Source of the DNA: Aggregatilinea sp. | GTDB taxonomy: Bacteria; Chloroflexota; Anaerolineae; Aggregatilineales; Aggregatilineaceae | Length of the DNA stretch: 64,000 nt | Reading direction: 5' to 3' | NCBI RefSeq assembly: GCF_036822615.1 | Contig: NZ_DAISHJ010000015.1 | Location: forward strand, 7,658 to 71,657 | Shown: one piece after another, positions 35,496 to 44,611 of the stretch | Layout: each line of letters begins with the position of its first letter | How positions within the stretch are numbered: the stretch's first letter is position 1 | The notes under the pieces: model-generated | The model's database searches: none | Told to the model about the DNA's origin: nothing | Seen by the model: only the letters and a program-made list of their open reading frames with translations | Translations under genes and position numbers: made by a program

Positions 35496-37973
35496 TTATT
35501 CGTCGCGCAGGACGACCAGCGGGCGCACCCGTGTGGGCCGCCACGCGACCGCCAGCGCGCTGGCGACGGCGATGCCGGTGGCGATGCCCATGATCGCCAG
35601 CGCGGGCAGCGGATCGAGCGAAATATCGACGCCTTCCGCTCCATCCAGAATGCGGGCGGCAATTTCTACCGCGAGCATGCCGAGTCCGCTGGCGAGCACG
35701 CCCAGCAGGGTGTGTTCCAACAGGAAGGCGCGCAGCACGTGGTTGCTGCTGTACCCGACCGCCTTGAACACGCCGATCTCGCGCCGCCGCTCGATCATCG
35801 AGAGGCCGACCGAGTTGGCGATGAGGATCGCCCCTGCGACCAGCGCCAGCCCGGCGACGGTGATAGCGAAGACGAACAGGTTGGTGAGCATCTGCTGGAT
35901 CACGGCGCGGATGTCCGCGGCGGTGATGACCATCGCGTCGGGCAGCGCTTCTTGCAGGTGATCCCCGAACGCCGTCAGGCGGCTCGTATCGAGTTCCGCA
36001 ACCGTGATCAGGCTGACCGCGCTGCCGCCGAGCGTTTTTGCCGCGTCCTGCGAGACCAGCGCCGAGTGCCCGTGCGAGATCATGTTGCTCTCATAGTCGT
36101 AGAGTCCGGCCAGCACCAGATTGACCTGCGTGCCGGACGTGCCCGTGACCTGGATCAGTGTGCCGGTGGGCAGATCCTGATACTCATAGGTGTGCGGCAG
36201 GTAGATCGCGTCTGCGCGCGTGCCCCACGGCTCGCCGCTCACGGACAGGCCCGGCTCGCTGGCGATGTCAGTGCGCCCCTCTACGCGCGGCACGTCGAGC
36301 GTCCGCCACGTATCGCCGGTTTGCGCCTGGATCGACGTGAGTTCTGCCTGATAGACCGTGAACCAGCTTTTGACGCCCTTCTGGCCTTCGATCTCGCCGC
36401 GCAGATCCGCTTCTTGCGCCGCATCGCTGAAGACGACCAGATTTTCGCCTTCCAGCGATCCCTGCCGCACGTCGAATTCCTCGCGCGCGCTGAGGATCGT
36501 ACCGGCTGAAAAGCCGATGGCAAACACGCCCACGAACAGCGCGATCAACGCAAAGAGCAGGCGTCCGCCCTGGCGCTTGAGGTTGTTACGCGCCAGCGTC
36601 AGCAGCCAGATGCGCGGGGCAGGCAGGCGCACGGAGATGAACAGCGCGCCGCCCAGCACCAGCCCCAACACGATCAGTCCCGCCAGCGCCACCAGCACCA
36701 CACCCGCGCCCTGGATGACTGATCCCATGATCAGCGTGCTCAGCACGCCAAACGGCAGCGCCAGCAACGCATAGACGCCCACGGCTTGCAGGCGGCGCTT
36801 CCACGTAGAGAAGGCGGGCATCTGGCGCAGCAGCAGCGAAGGCCGCACGCCGCTGGCGCGCATGATGGCATAAACGCCGAAGATCAACGCGGTCGCCGTG
36901 CCGGTCAAGATGCCGCTCAACAGCAGCGGAACATCGACCGCCCAGCCCAGCAGCACCGATCCGGTGTTCTCGATCGCGTTGGTGAGCGGAATCGAGAAGC
37001 CGATCGCCGCGATCACGCCGATCACGCTGCCAACCAGCCCGATGAGGAGCGTTTCGAGGCCAAACAGCAGCATCAGGTGGCGCGGGCGGTAGCCCATCGT
37101 CTTGAGGATGGCGATCTCCGTCGTGCGGCGGGCGAGCAGCACCTGCATCGTGTTGGCGACGCCGATGCCGCCCACCAGCAGGCCCAACATGCCCGCGCCC
37201 TTCAGCATGAAGTTGAAGACGTCGCGCACGGACTTCTGATCGACGCGGATATCGTCCGGCGTGGTGACGCCCCACCCGGCGTTTCTCAGCTCCGCCGTCA
37301 GCCCGTCAGGATCGTCCGGAACCAGCAGCGACGCGCCGGTCACGATACGGGCATTGTTCGCCAGCAGGCTGGCCGTTTCCAGCGTGTAAAACACGCGCCC
37401 ACCCATGTGATCGGGCGTGGCGCTGATGATGCCGCCGATCGTCATCCGCTGGGGCGTGCCGCCCATCGTGTTGGTGACCAGCACGATATCCCCGGCGTGC
37501 AGATTCAGCCTTTCCGCGAGATCGATGGTGATCGCAATCGTGCGCGGGCGCGAGAGCGCCTCGGACAGCGTGGCATTCTCCGGCGCGCTGAGCTTCAGCG
37601 AGCCGACCATGGGGTACTTGTCCGGCTCGACGCCGAACGCCGATCCCACGAAGGTCGTCTCGGTACCGGTCTTGAGCACCAGCTCGTACGTAACCGAAGA
37701 CAGGGTGTAATCGCTGATGCGGCCCGATTCGCGCAGCGTGTCGAGCTGGGCGATGTCAACGTCGGTGAGCGCTGAGTCCTGATAGACTTCCAGGTCGCCG
37801 CCCAGGTCCACGCGCGGATCGCGGATGATGATGGTGAAGATGTTGCTGGTCAAAATCTGCATCGCCACGAGCGACATCACGCCGAACGCGACGGCAAGGA
37901 TCGCCAGCAGGGTGCGCTGCCCGCTGCGCCGCAGCGAGCGCACGGCATAGGTCAGGTAAAACGCGATGCCCAT
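35496..37973 (-). CDS. ABC transporter permease with two FtsX-type domains (MacB/YbbP-like)
   Basis: FYLTYAVRSLRRSGQRTLLAILAVAFGV, and a second ARNNLKRQGGRLLFALIALFVGV, each followed by a large loop and FtsX helices. The start overlaps the ATPase stop (TAATG). Confidence 0.9.
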   Translation of the reverse strand: MGIAFYLTYAVRSLRRSGQRTLLAILAVAFGVMSLVAMQILTSNIFTIIIRDPRVDLGGDLEVYQDSALTDVDIAQLDTLRESGRISDYTLSSVTYELVLKTGTETTFVGSAFGVEPDKYPMVGSLKLSAPENATLSEALSRPRTIAITIDLAERLNLHAGDIVLVTNTMGGTPQRMTIGGIISATPDHMGGRVFYTLETASLLANNARIVTGASLLVPDDPDGLTAELRNAGWGVTTPDDIRVDQKSVRDVFNFMLKGAGMLGLLVGGIGVANTMQVLLARRTTEIAILKTMGYRPRHLMLLFGLETLLIGLVGSVIGVIAAIGFSIPLTNAIENTGSVLLGWAVDVPLLLSGILTGTATALIFGVYAIMRASGVRPSLLLRQMPAFSTWKRRLQAVGVYALLALPFGVLSTLIMGSVIQGAGVVLVALAGLIVLGLVLGGALFISVRLPAPRIWLLTLARNNLKRQGGRLLFALIALFVGVFAIGFSAGTILSAREEFDVRQGSLEGENLVVFSDAAQEADLRGEIEGQKGVKSWFTVYQAELTSIQAQTGDTWRTLDVPRVEGRTDIASEPGLSVSGEPWGTRADAIYLPHTYEYQDLPTGTLIQVTGTSGTQVNLVLAGLYDYESNMISHGHSALVSQDAAKTLGGSAVSLITVAELDTSRLTAFGDHLQEALPDAMVITAADIRAVIQQMLTNLFVFAITVAGLALVAGAILIANSVGLSMIERRREIGVFKAVGYSSNHVLRAFLLEHTLLGVLASGLGMLAVEIAARILDGAEGVDISLDPLPALAIMGIATGIAVASALAVAWRPTRVRPLVVLRDE

Positions 37974-38725
37974 TAGCGGCCTCCGTGCATGCGGACCGGT
38001 TCGCGCAGCGGTTCCGTGACGTGGCCGTTGCCCGGCTGCTGCAAGCGCCCGTCCACCAGATACAGCAGGCGGTCGGCGCGCGCAGCGACCTGCCCGTCAT
38101 GCGTGGCGACGATGACCGTCACGCCCAGGTCGCGCCGCAGCCCGGCGAACAGCTCCAGCACCTGCGTGCCGGTCTTGGTGTCGAGATTACCGGTCGGCTC
38201 GTCGGCCAGCAGGATCGTGGGGTGGGTGACGAGCGCGCGCGCGATGGCGACGCGCTGCTGCTGCCCGCCGGAAAGCTGGTGCGGGCGGTGATTCATGCGG
38301 TCGCTCAAACCCACGAGGTCCAGCATTTCTTTGGCGCGCTGCGCGATGCTGCCCGCGCGGTCGCTGACGTACAGCGGCACTTCGACGTTTTCGCGCGCGG
38401 TGAGCGTCGGGATCAGGTTGAACGACTGGAAGACGATGCCGATCTTCTCGTTGCGGAAGCGGGCCAGATTGCGCTCGCTCATGGTGGTGATGTCCACGCC
38501 GTCGATGCAGACCGCACCGCCATCTACTGTGTCGATCCCGGCCAGGACGCCCAGCAGCGTCGATTTACCGGAACCCGACGGCCCGGTCAGGGCGATCCAT
38601 TCGCCGTGCGCGATGGCGAACGAGACGCCGTTCAGAATCTCAATCCGTTCGCCGCCCAGCGGCAAAGCGCGGTGTAAATCGCGCGCTTCGACAGCGTAGG
38701 ACGTTGAAGGGGTAGCGTTTGGCAT
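37973..38725 (-). CDS. ABC transporter ATP-binding protein (MacB/LolD/YbbA-like)
   Basis: GPSGSGKSTLL, LSGGQQQRVAIARAL and LLADEPTGNLD. Confidence 0.9.
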   Translation of the reverse strand: MPNATPSTSYAVEARDLHRALPLGGERIEILNGVSFAIAHGEWIALTGPSGSGKSTLLGVLAGIDTVDGGAVCIDGVDITTMSERNLARFRNEKIGIVFQSFNLIPTLTARENVEVPLYVSDRAGSIAQRAKEMLDLVGLSDRMNHRPHQLSGGQQQRVAIARALVTHPTILLADEPTGNLDTKTGTQVLELFAGLRRDLGVTVIVATHDGQVAARADRLLYLVDGRLQQPGNGHVTEPLREPVRMHGGR

Positions 38726-38814
38726 GGCAGTGTACTCCTTAGGCTGAAATGGGTCCGGGGCATGCCGCAGCAGTCTGGACGCGCCCGGACGACAGTTCCA
38801 TGCTAAACGCTGCC

Positions 38815-38854
38815 TGTCGCACGACGATGGTGAAGATGTCGCAACTTTGTCGCA
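38815..38854 (-). promoter_or_regulatory. Three direct repeats TGCGACA spaced 11 and 22 nt (candidate OmpR-type response-regulator binding sites)
   Basis: On the minus strand: cTGCGACAaagtTGCGACAtcttcaccatcgtcgTGCGACAggc. This lies 90-130 nt upstream of the ABC ATPase ATG. Confidence 0.55.
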
Positions 38855-38904
38855 GGAAAATGAAGAAGGTAACGGAGAGCGTGCAGTGATTTATCGCGTT
38901 CCGG

Positions 38905-40593
38905 TTACTTCGCCGCCGCCTTCGGCAGCCGTACCGTGAACGTGCTGCCCTGGCCGAGCACGCTCTCCGCCTCGACCGTGCCGCTCATCGCTTCCGCCAG
39001 CTCCTTGACCAGCGCCAACCCCAGCCCCGCGCCGCTGCCGTCGCGCAGGCGGGCGGTATCGCCCCGGTAGAAGCGTTCCCAGATGTGCGGCAGGTCCGCA
39101 GGCCCGATGCCCTCGCCGGTATCCTTTACCTGCACGATGATGCAGTCCCCATCCGCTACCGCCGACACGGCCACGATGCCGCCCGGCGGCGTATGGCGTG
39201 CGCCGTTGCGCAGCAGGTTATGAAAGATCTGCTCCAGGCGAGTTTCGTCGGCCAGGATCGGAGGCAGGTGATCCGGCAGATCCGCGATCAGCTCGACTTT
39301 GGTCGTTTTCCAGAGCAGCGGAGCCGCCATCTCGACGGTCCGGCGGATGACGGCGCTCGCATCGACCGTCTTGGGGTGCAGCTCGAGCTGGCCCAGTTCT
39401 GCCCGCGAAAGCGCAAACAGGTCATCGATCAGGTGCTGCAAGCGGGCCGTTTCGTGATCGATCACCGCCAGATCGCGCCGCACATCGGCGGGGATGTCAT
39501 CCCCGGCCCGATCCAGCAGCGGCTCCAGTGTGCCGCGCAGCGTGGCGACCGGGGTGCGCAGCTCGTGCGAGACGCTGGCGACCAGCTCGCGCCGGTTGCG
39601 CAGCAGCCGCGCCACCGCGTCCCGCTCCGATTGCAGCGCGTGCATGGTGTGGTCCAGGTCTTCAGCCATCGTGTTGAAGTTGCTTTGCAGCGCAGCGACC
39701 TCGTCCTCGCCCTGCACCGGGATGCGGATGCTCGTGTCGCCCGCGCTAAGCGCCGCCGCGCCGCCCATGAGCACCTTCAAGCGGCGGGTGGTGCGCCGCG
39801 CCGCGAGGTATGCCAGAAAGATCGATGGCGGCACCACCAGCACCAGCAGCAGGCCGAGCAGCACGCCGTAAACGAGGATGAGCGGGACGAGGTTGAGGAC
39901 CAGCGACACGAGGGACTCGCCCTCGGTGTTGCTGGTGGAAAGCCTGGACCATTCGCTGGTGATAAGCACGATCGAAAAAGCTGCCGTGGGTAAGACGACC
40001 AGCAGTACGTGCGAATGGGTCAGCGACCACAGCAGGTGGCGGCGGCGCAGGCGGCCCCAGAACAGCCAGATCCGTATCAAGGTGCGCGCGGTGATGTGGG
40101 CAATGACCCCGGAAATGATCACCGCGGAATACGTTTCCGGGGCCAGCGCATCGTAGGTGGCATCGCGGTTGTTGGTGATCAGCGCCAGAACCAGAACCAT
40201 TGTCGCCCGGACGATGGCGACCAGTCCCGCATCGTCGAGGGTTTTCAGGACGGACTGGATCAGCAGGTTGCCAATCTCCAGAATCAGCACGCCCATGCCC
40301 AGACTGACGGCCAGCCCTCCGATCAGCTCGAAGAGAATCTGCCGCCACCAGCGCCCCTGCGCGCGCCGCAGGCGGATGGCGTACCACGAGATGCCGGTCA
40401 GCATCACGATGAACAGCCCGTTTTGCCGGTCCGAGAGGGAAAAATGCGTGGTGGTCAGCAGCAGGATCGCCATCATCGCGGTGCTGAGCGCCAGCGCCTC
40501 GATCAGGGCGCGCGGCAGGGAGACCCGCAGCGTCCAGTTGCCGAAGGACAGCCGCGCGATTATCCGGCGCGCAGCCGGTAGCCAACGCCCCAT
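38905..40593 (-). CDS. Sensor histidine kinase with a multi-helix membrane N-terminus, HAMP, HisKA and HATPase_c
   Basis: SHELRTPVATL is the H-box, with NLLRNGARHT and GAGLGLALVKELAEAM. There is no sizeable extracytoplasmic loop. The start overlaps the response regulator gene by 34 nt and is uncertain. Confidence 0.85.
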   Translation of the reverse strand: MGRWLPAARRIIARLSFGNWTLRVSLPRALIEALALSTAMMAILLLTTTHFSLSDRQNGLFIVMLTGISWYAIRLRRAQGRWWRQILFELIGGLAVSLGMGVLILEIGNLLIQSVLKTLDDAGLVAIVRATMVLVLALITNNRDATYDALAPETYSAVIISGVIAHITARTLIRIWLFWGRLRRRHLLWSLTHSHVLLVVLPTAAFSIVLITSEWSRLSTSNTEGESLVSLVLNLVPLILVYGVLLGLLLVLVVPPSIFLAYLAARRTTRRLKVLMGGAAALSAGDTSIRIPVQGEDEVAALQSNFNTMAEDLDHTMHALQSERDAVARLLRNRRELVASVSHELRTPVATLRGTLEPLLDRAGDDIPADVRRDLAVIDHETARLQHLIDDLFALSRAELGQLELHPKTVDASAVIRRTVEMAAPLLWKTTKVELIADLPDHLPPILADETRLEQIFHNLLRNGARHTPPGGIVAVSAVADGDCIIVQVKDTGEGIGPADLPHIWERFYRGDTARLRDGSGAGLGLALVKELAEAMSGTVEAESVLGQGSTFTVRLPKAAAK

Positions 40594-41255
40594 ACGGTTT
40601 CGATCTCCTCACCGACTGGCCCCAGCTTTTTGCGCAGGCGCAGCACGGCATTATCGACGGAACGGTCGCCGCTGATGTAATCCTCGCCCCATACGGTGTC
40701 GAGCAGGTACGCGCGGCTGAAAGCCCGCCCCGGGTTGCGCAGCAGCAGGTGCAGCAGCGCGAACTCGGTGGGGCTGAGGTCGAGCAGTTCGCCGTCCAGG
40801 TCGGCGCGGTGGGCTTCCGCGTCCAGCACCAGCGGCCCCCGGATCAACAGGGCGGTGCTCGTGCTGCGATCCGCCTGGAGCGTTTGCTGGATCAATTCCA
40901 CGCGGCGCAGCATGGCGTGCACGCGGGCCAGCAGCTCGCGCATGCTGAACGGTTTGGTCAGATAGTCGTCAGCGCCGACTTCCAGGCCCATCACGCGGTC
41001 GATCTCTTCGCTGCGCGCGGTCAGCATCAGGACCGGTGTCGCGGCGTGCTGGCGGATCTGGCGCAGCACGCCCAGCCCGTCCAGACGCGGCAGCATCCAG
41101 TCGAGGATCATGACGTCGGGGTGCAGCGCGTCGTGCAGCGCCAGCGCCGCTTCGCCATCAGCGGCATGGTGCACGGTATGCCCGGCGGCTTGCAGCTCGC
41201 GGCGGATCACGTCGGCCAGATTCGTCTCGTCGTCAACTAAAAGTATCGTCGCCAT
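40560..41255 (-). CDS. OmpR/PhoB-family response regulator
   Basis: ILLVDDE...DVMILDWMLP is the receiver, and the C-terminal winged helix is SRAYLLDTVWG...TVWGVGYRL. Confidence 0.9.
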   Translation of the reverse strand: MATILLVDDETNLADVIRRELQAAGHTVHHAADGEAALALHDALHPDVMILDWMLPRLDGLGVLRQIRQHAATPVLMLTARSEEIDRVMGLEVGADDYLTKPFSMRELLARVHAMLRRVELIQQTLQADRSTSTALLIRGPLVLDAEAHRADLDGELLDLSPTEFALLHLLLRNPGRAFSRAYLLDTVWGEDYISGDRSVDNAVLRLRKKLGPVGEEIETVWGVGYRLRAG

Positions 41256-41403
41256 TCCCTGCCCACTTTGTAGGTTTGCGCGGCCCTTTCCTATCAGGTT
41301 ATACGCAGCGTGAGTTTAACGGGTTCGCGCCCGATCGGGTACTCACCGCCCGGCGTTCCCGTTGCGGAGGGCTGCCGTGTGGTGATAGGCACCCGAGCGC
41401 CAC

Positions 41404-41432
41404 TTGCCGCTGACACTAGATTGCTGTATAAA
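41404..41432 (+). promoter_or_regulatory. Sigma70-like promoter TTGCCG-17 nt-TATAAA for the SH3b-LysM gene
   Basis: Read directly, about 55 nt upstream of ATG 41487. Confidence 0.45.
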
Positions 41433-41486
41433 TCAAGTTAAGATTACAGTGAGCCGTTGTAAAACCCGTTCATGCGGGAGGGGAAA

Positions 41487-42206
41487 ATGAGGATAGATCG
41501 AACTACCAGGACTCGAACATGGATCGCCGCCCTGCTCGTTATGGCGACGTTGGTGAGCGCAATCGCTGTTCCATCACTGCCGCGGGCCCAGGCGCAGGGC
41601 ACACCCTCCTGCCCGATTCAGATCGTCATGGAGGACATGCTCATTTTGCATGCGGGTCCGGCCTGGAATACGCAGACCGTCGGCACGCTTCAGCGGGGCA
41701 ACGTCGTCTGTCTGGTGGGGCGCGACGGCGCGACGACCTGGCTGCTGGTTGGCTCCGGGCAGGCTTTTCTGGGCTGGGCCCCGGTGAACGCCTTCTGGGC
41801 GAACGTGCCGTTCACGATTTTGCCCGTGATGAGCGGTGGCACGACCGGCCCGACGCCGATCCCGCCGATCCCGACCCCGGTTCCTGTGTCCCAGACCTAC
41901 GTTGTGCAGTGGGGCGATACGCTCTACAGCATCGCGCAGCGCTTCGGTGTAAGTCAGGCCGCGCTGGCGCAGGCCAACAACATCGCGGCGACGTCCTGGG
42001 TGTATGCGGGCCAGACGTTGGTGATCCCCGGTGTGGGCACGACCCCGCCGCCCACGACCGGCACGACCTACGTCGTGCAGCAGGGCGACTATCTGGTGTC
42101 CATCGCCGCGCGCTACGGGTTGATCTGGTGGCAGTTGGCGCAGGCCAACAACATCCAGCCGCCGTATGTGATTTACGCCGGCCAGACCCTGATCATCCCC
42201 CGTTAG
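41487..42206 (+). CDS. Secreted SH3b plus 2x LysM peptidoglycan-binding protein
   Basis: Signal anchor TRTWIAALLVMATLVSAIAV and two LysM repeats (YVVQWGDTLYSIAQRFG..., YVVQQGDYLVSIAARYG...). A GGGAGGGG SD lies before ATG 41487. Confidence 0.85.
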   Translation: MRIDRTTRTRTWIAALLVMATLVSAIAVPSLPRAQAQGTPSCPIQIVMEDMLILHAGPAWNTQTVGTLQRGNVVCLVGRDGATTWLLVGSGQAFLGWAPVNAFWANVPFTILPVMSGGTTGPTPIPPIPTPVPVSQTYVVQWGDTLYSIAQRFGVSQAALAQANNIAATSWVYAGQTLVIPGVGTTPPPTTGTTYVVQQGDYLVSIAARYGLIWWQLAQANNIQPPYVIYAGQTLIIPR

Positions 42207-42235
42207 CCTGACCCAGCGGCTTTCCAGGTGAATTC

Positions 42236-42275
42236 AAACGCCCCGGTGATGTACTCGCCGGGGCGTTTTTGTTTT
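42236..42275 (+). terminator. Strong Rho-independent terminator after the LysM gene
   Basis: AAACGCCCCGG-loop-CCGGGGCGTTT followed by TTGTTTT. Confidence 0.85.
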
Positions 42276-42300
42276 CCTACAAAACCCCATTACGCGTTGC

Positions 42301-42350
42301 TTGTCTCCCCTCTCCAACCCAGATTGGAGAGGGGCCGGGGTGAGGTCGCG
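42301..42350 (+). repeat. CCCCTCTCC...GGAGAGGGGCCGGGGTGAGGTCGCG hairpin repeat, copy 2
   Basis: TTGTCTCCCCTCTCCAACCCAGATTGGAGAGGGGCCGGGGTGAGGTCGCG. Confidence 0.7.
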
Positions 42351-42440
42351 TTTGTCTTTTCTAGGGTCGGGGGTGGGGTTTCTACGAGAACCGGATGGCC
42401 CGGTTTTTGTGTTTCCCGCTCACATTCCCGCGACCGACCG

Positions 42441-43097
42441 TCACCGCGCGGCGAACGCCTGCACGATGACATCCAGCGTTGCGCCGGACAGATCCGGTAG
42501 CACGAGGTCCGCCGCGCCGACGAGATCGGGCGATCCGAGGCCCACCGCGAACATGCCGCCCACCTGCGCCGCTTCGACCCCGGCGGCGCTGTCTTCGAAC
42601 ACGACCGCGCCTTCCAGCGGGGTATGCAGCGCGCCCGCCGCCCACACGAAAATATCGGGCGCGGGCTTGAGCCGCGCGACGGTGTAGCCGTCCGCCACCG
42701 CGCCGAAGCGCTCGTAGAGGCCGGTGCTGCGCAGAATCATCTCGGCCTTCGTGCTGGACGACGCCACCGCCAGCCGGATCCCGGCGGCCTGCGCTTCGTC
42801 GAGCAGCGCCACCACGCCCGGCAGAATATCCGCCGTGCTCATGTGGTTTAGGTCGTCGTCCAGCGCGGCATCTTTCACGGCAAAATAGTGCCGCACCTCG
42901 TCCGCCGAAAGCTCCCGCTCTTGCACGATGTAGCGCAAGTAGTCGCGGCGGTGGTGGCCGCGCATACGATCCATGTCTTCGGGCGTGAAGGGCATTCCGG
43001 CGGCGTCCGCCACCTGCTTCCAGGCGCGGTAGTGCAGGTCGATGGTGTCCACCAGGACGCCGTCCATGTCGAAGATAAACGCAGCGGGTGTAGCCAC
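42441..43097 (-). CDS. HAD-IA hydrolase, beta-phosphoglucomutase-like
   Basis: Motifs FDMDGVLVDT, KPAPDIF and VFEDSAAGVEAA. GTG 43097 gives a typical protein of about 218 aa. The track start at 43202 adds an unlikely leader. Confidence 0.8.
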   Translation of the reverse strand: MATPAAFIFDMDGVLVDTIDLHYRAWKQVADAAGMPFTPEDMDRMRGHHRRDYLRYIVQERELSADEVRHYFAVKDAALDDDLNHMSTADILPGVVALLDEAQAAGIRLAVASSSTKAEMILRSTGLYERFGAVADGYTVARLKPAPDIFVWAAGALHTPLEGAVVFEDSAAGVEAAQVGGMFAVGLGSPDLVGAADLVLPDLSGATLDVIVQAFAAR

Positions 43098-43214
43098 AGC
43101 AGCCGGTCCTTGTTGGGGGCGAAAGCGAAGGCAGCGCTCCGGTGCTGCCGCGCACCAGTATAACGGGCGAACCGGACCCCTGACAATGTGCGAACTGCCC
43201 ACCGCCGGATCGAG

Positions 43215-43250
43215 ACAAAAAAGCCTCCCGGCAGTGGGGGTGCCGGGAGG
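43215..43250 (-). terminator. Strong Rho-independent terminator after the WDGSAW-repeat gene
   Basis: On the minus strand, CCTCCCGGCA-loop-TGCCGGGAGG followed by CTTTTTTGTC. Confidence 0.85.
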
Positions 43251-43278
43251 CGTACGGTCACGCCGCCCAGGAACGAGG

Positions 43279-44430
43279 CTAGCTCTGCGGCGTGTACTGT
43301 GTCACCTGAAGCCCGAACATTTCGTTCAGCCGGGCCACGTCCAGCGCGCCGTCCGGTGTCAGCGCGACCGAAGCGATGAAGCTCACCGGCAGCGGCGTGA
43401 AACTGATCGCGTCGCCCACCGGCTCCCACGCCGATCCGGTCCAGCGCGCATATCCCGCCGCGCCGCTGCCGCCGTTGGACCATGCCAGCAGCGGGTCGCC
43501 GTTTTCATCGACTGCCAGGGCCGCGTCGTCCACGTAGCCCGCGTCCGCCAGCCCCGGCAGTGCGTCGAGGCCGTCCATCGGCATCCATGCGTCGCCGTCC
43601 ACGTCCGCCGCCAGCTTGAACGCTTCTGGCAGGTCGTACCCCGCGCGCAGCAGCACGAGATCACCCTCAGCGGTCGCCGTCAGGCGCAGCAGGCTGGTGT
43701 CGCTCATGGGGGCGGGTGCATCCGGCAGATCGGTCCACGCGGAGCCATCCCACAGCCGCACGTGGGTCATGCCGCCTTCGTCCCAGGCCAGCGCGATCCT
43801 GCCGTTCGGTAGGGCGGCCAGCGTCGAAACGCCCGCGTCCGCCGCCGGATCGACGTTCAGACCCGCGTCCGTGCCGAGCGGCTGCCACGCGGATCCGTCC
43901 CACTGGCGCACGTACAACTGATCCGGCTGCATGAACTCGCTGGCTTCGCGCCACGCGACGACCGGGCCGTCTGCCATGACGATCAGGCTCTCGTCGTAAT
44001 TGAACGTGCCGCTGGCGTACAGGTTGATCGCGTCCCCGAGCGGCGTCCAGGCCGTGCCGTCCCACTGGGCGGCGTTCAACAGCGCGGTGCTGCCGTCGTC
44101 GCTGGTGGTCAGGTAGGTGATCACGACTGCGCCATCCTCGCCCACCGCGAGGCGCGAGAACATCGCGTCGGCAGGCGCGGCGGCGTCGCCCAGGCGCACC
44201 CACGCGGATCCGTCCCACTGCTCGACGTAAATGCTGCCGCCGTCCGAATACGCGACGACGGGCGTCCCGTCCGGCGCGACGGCGAGATCGTTGTAAATGA
44301 CCATCATGCCGCCGCCGACCGGATCGCCCAGAGTTTCCTCTTGCAGCGGCCCTTGTGCGAACGCGGCGGTAGCGACCAGCAGCGCCAGAAACACGGCGGC
44401 AAACGTGGTGCGGCGTACGAACTTGAACAT
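43279..44430 (-). CDS. Secreted repeat protein (5-6 WDGSAW-type repeats, beta-propeller-like), function unknown
   Basis: Signal peptide MFKFVRRTTFAAVFLALLVATAAFAQG. Repeats spaced about 50-55 aa: QWDGSAWVRLGD, QWDGTAWTPLGD, QWDGSAWQPLGT, LWDGSAWTDLPD and RWTGSAWEPVGD. The gene has its own strong terminator. Confidence 0.75.
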   Translation of the reverse strand: MFKFVRRTTFAAVFLALLVATAAFAQGPLQEETLGDPVGGGMMVIYNDLAVAPDGTPVVAYSDGGSIYVEQWDGSAWVRLGDAAAPADAMFSRLAVGEDGAVVITYLTTSDDGSTALLNAAQWDGTAWTPLGDAINLYASGTFNYDESLIVMADGPVVAWREASEFMQPDQLYVRQWDGSAWQPLGTDAGLNVDPAADAGVSTLAALPNGRIALAWDEGGMTHVRLWDGSAWTDLPDAPAPMSDTSLLRLTATAEGDLVLLRAGYDLPEAFKLAADVDGDAWMPMDGLDALPGLADAGYVDDAALAVDENGDPLLAWSNGGSGAAGYARWTGSAWEPVGDAISFTPLPVSFIASVALTPDGALDVARLNEMFGLQVTQYTPQS

Positions 44431-44560
44431 GAGATTTGTCCTGTTTGGGTAGAGTGTTAAGGTGACAATACGCCAATCTACCCGCCATTGTAGGCGCGCG
44501 TCGACGCGGCGGCGTCCGCCGATTGGAGGATTTTTGACTAGGTCCTTTGGTGGAGGGGAT

Positions 44561-44593
44561 GCGCCGGATGATCCCGTGTGACTCATCCGGCGC
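44561..44593 (-). terminator. 11-bp perfect hairpin after GH31 (no U-run)
   Basis: GCGCCGGATGA-loop-TCATCCGGCGC. Confidence 0.4.
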
Positions 44594-44611
44594 GGGACTA
44601 CTCTTAAGAGG

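Noticed and set aside
41289-41389. Nested inverted repeats (CCTATCA...TGATAGG enclosing AACGGG...CCCGTT) that could be a riboswitch upstream of the LysM gene
   Set aside because: The region lies upstream of the best promoter for the LysM gene and matches no riboswitch consensus I know (a ydaO/c-di-AMP-type was considered). GC-rich DNA yields such pairings by chance.
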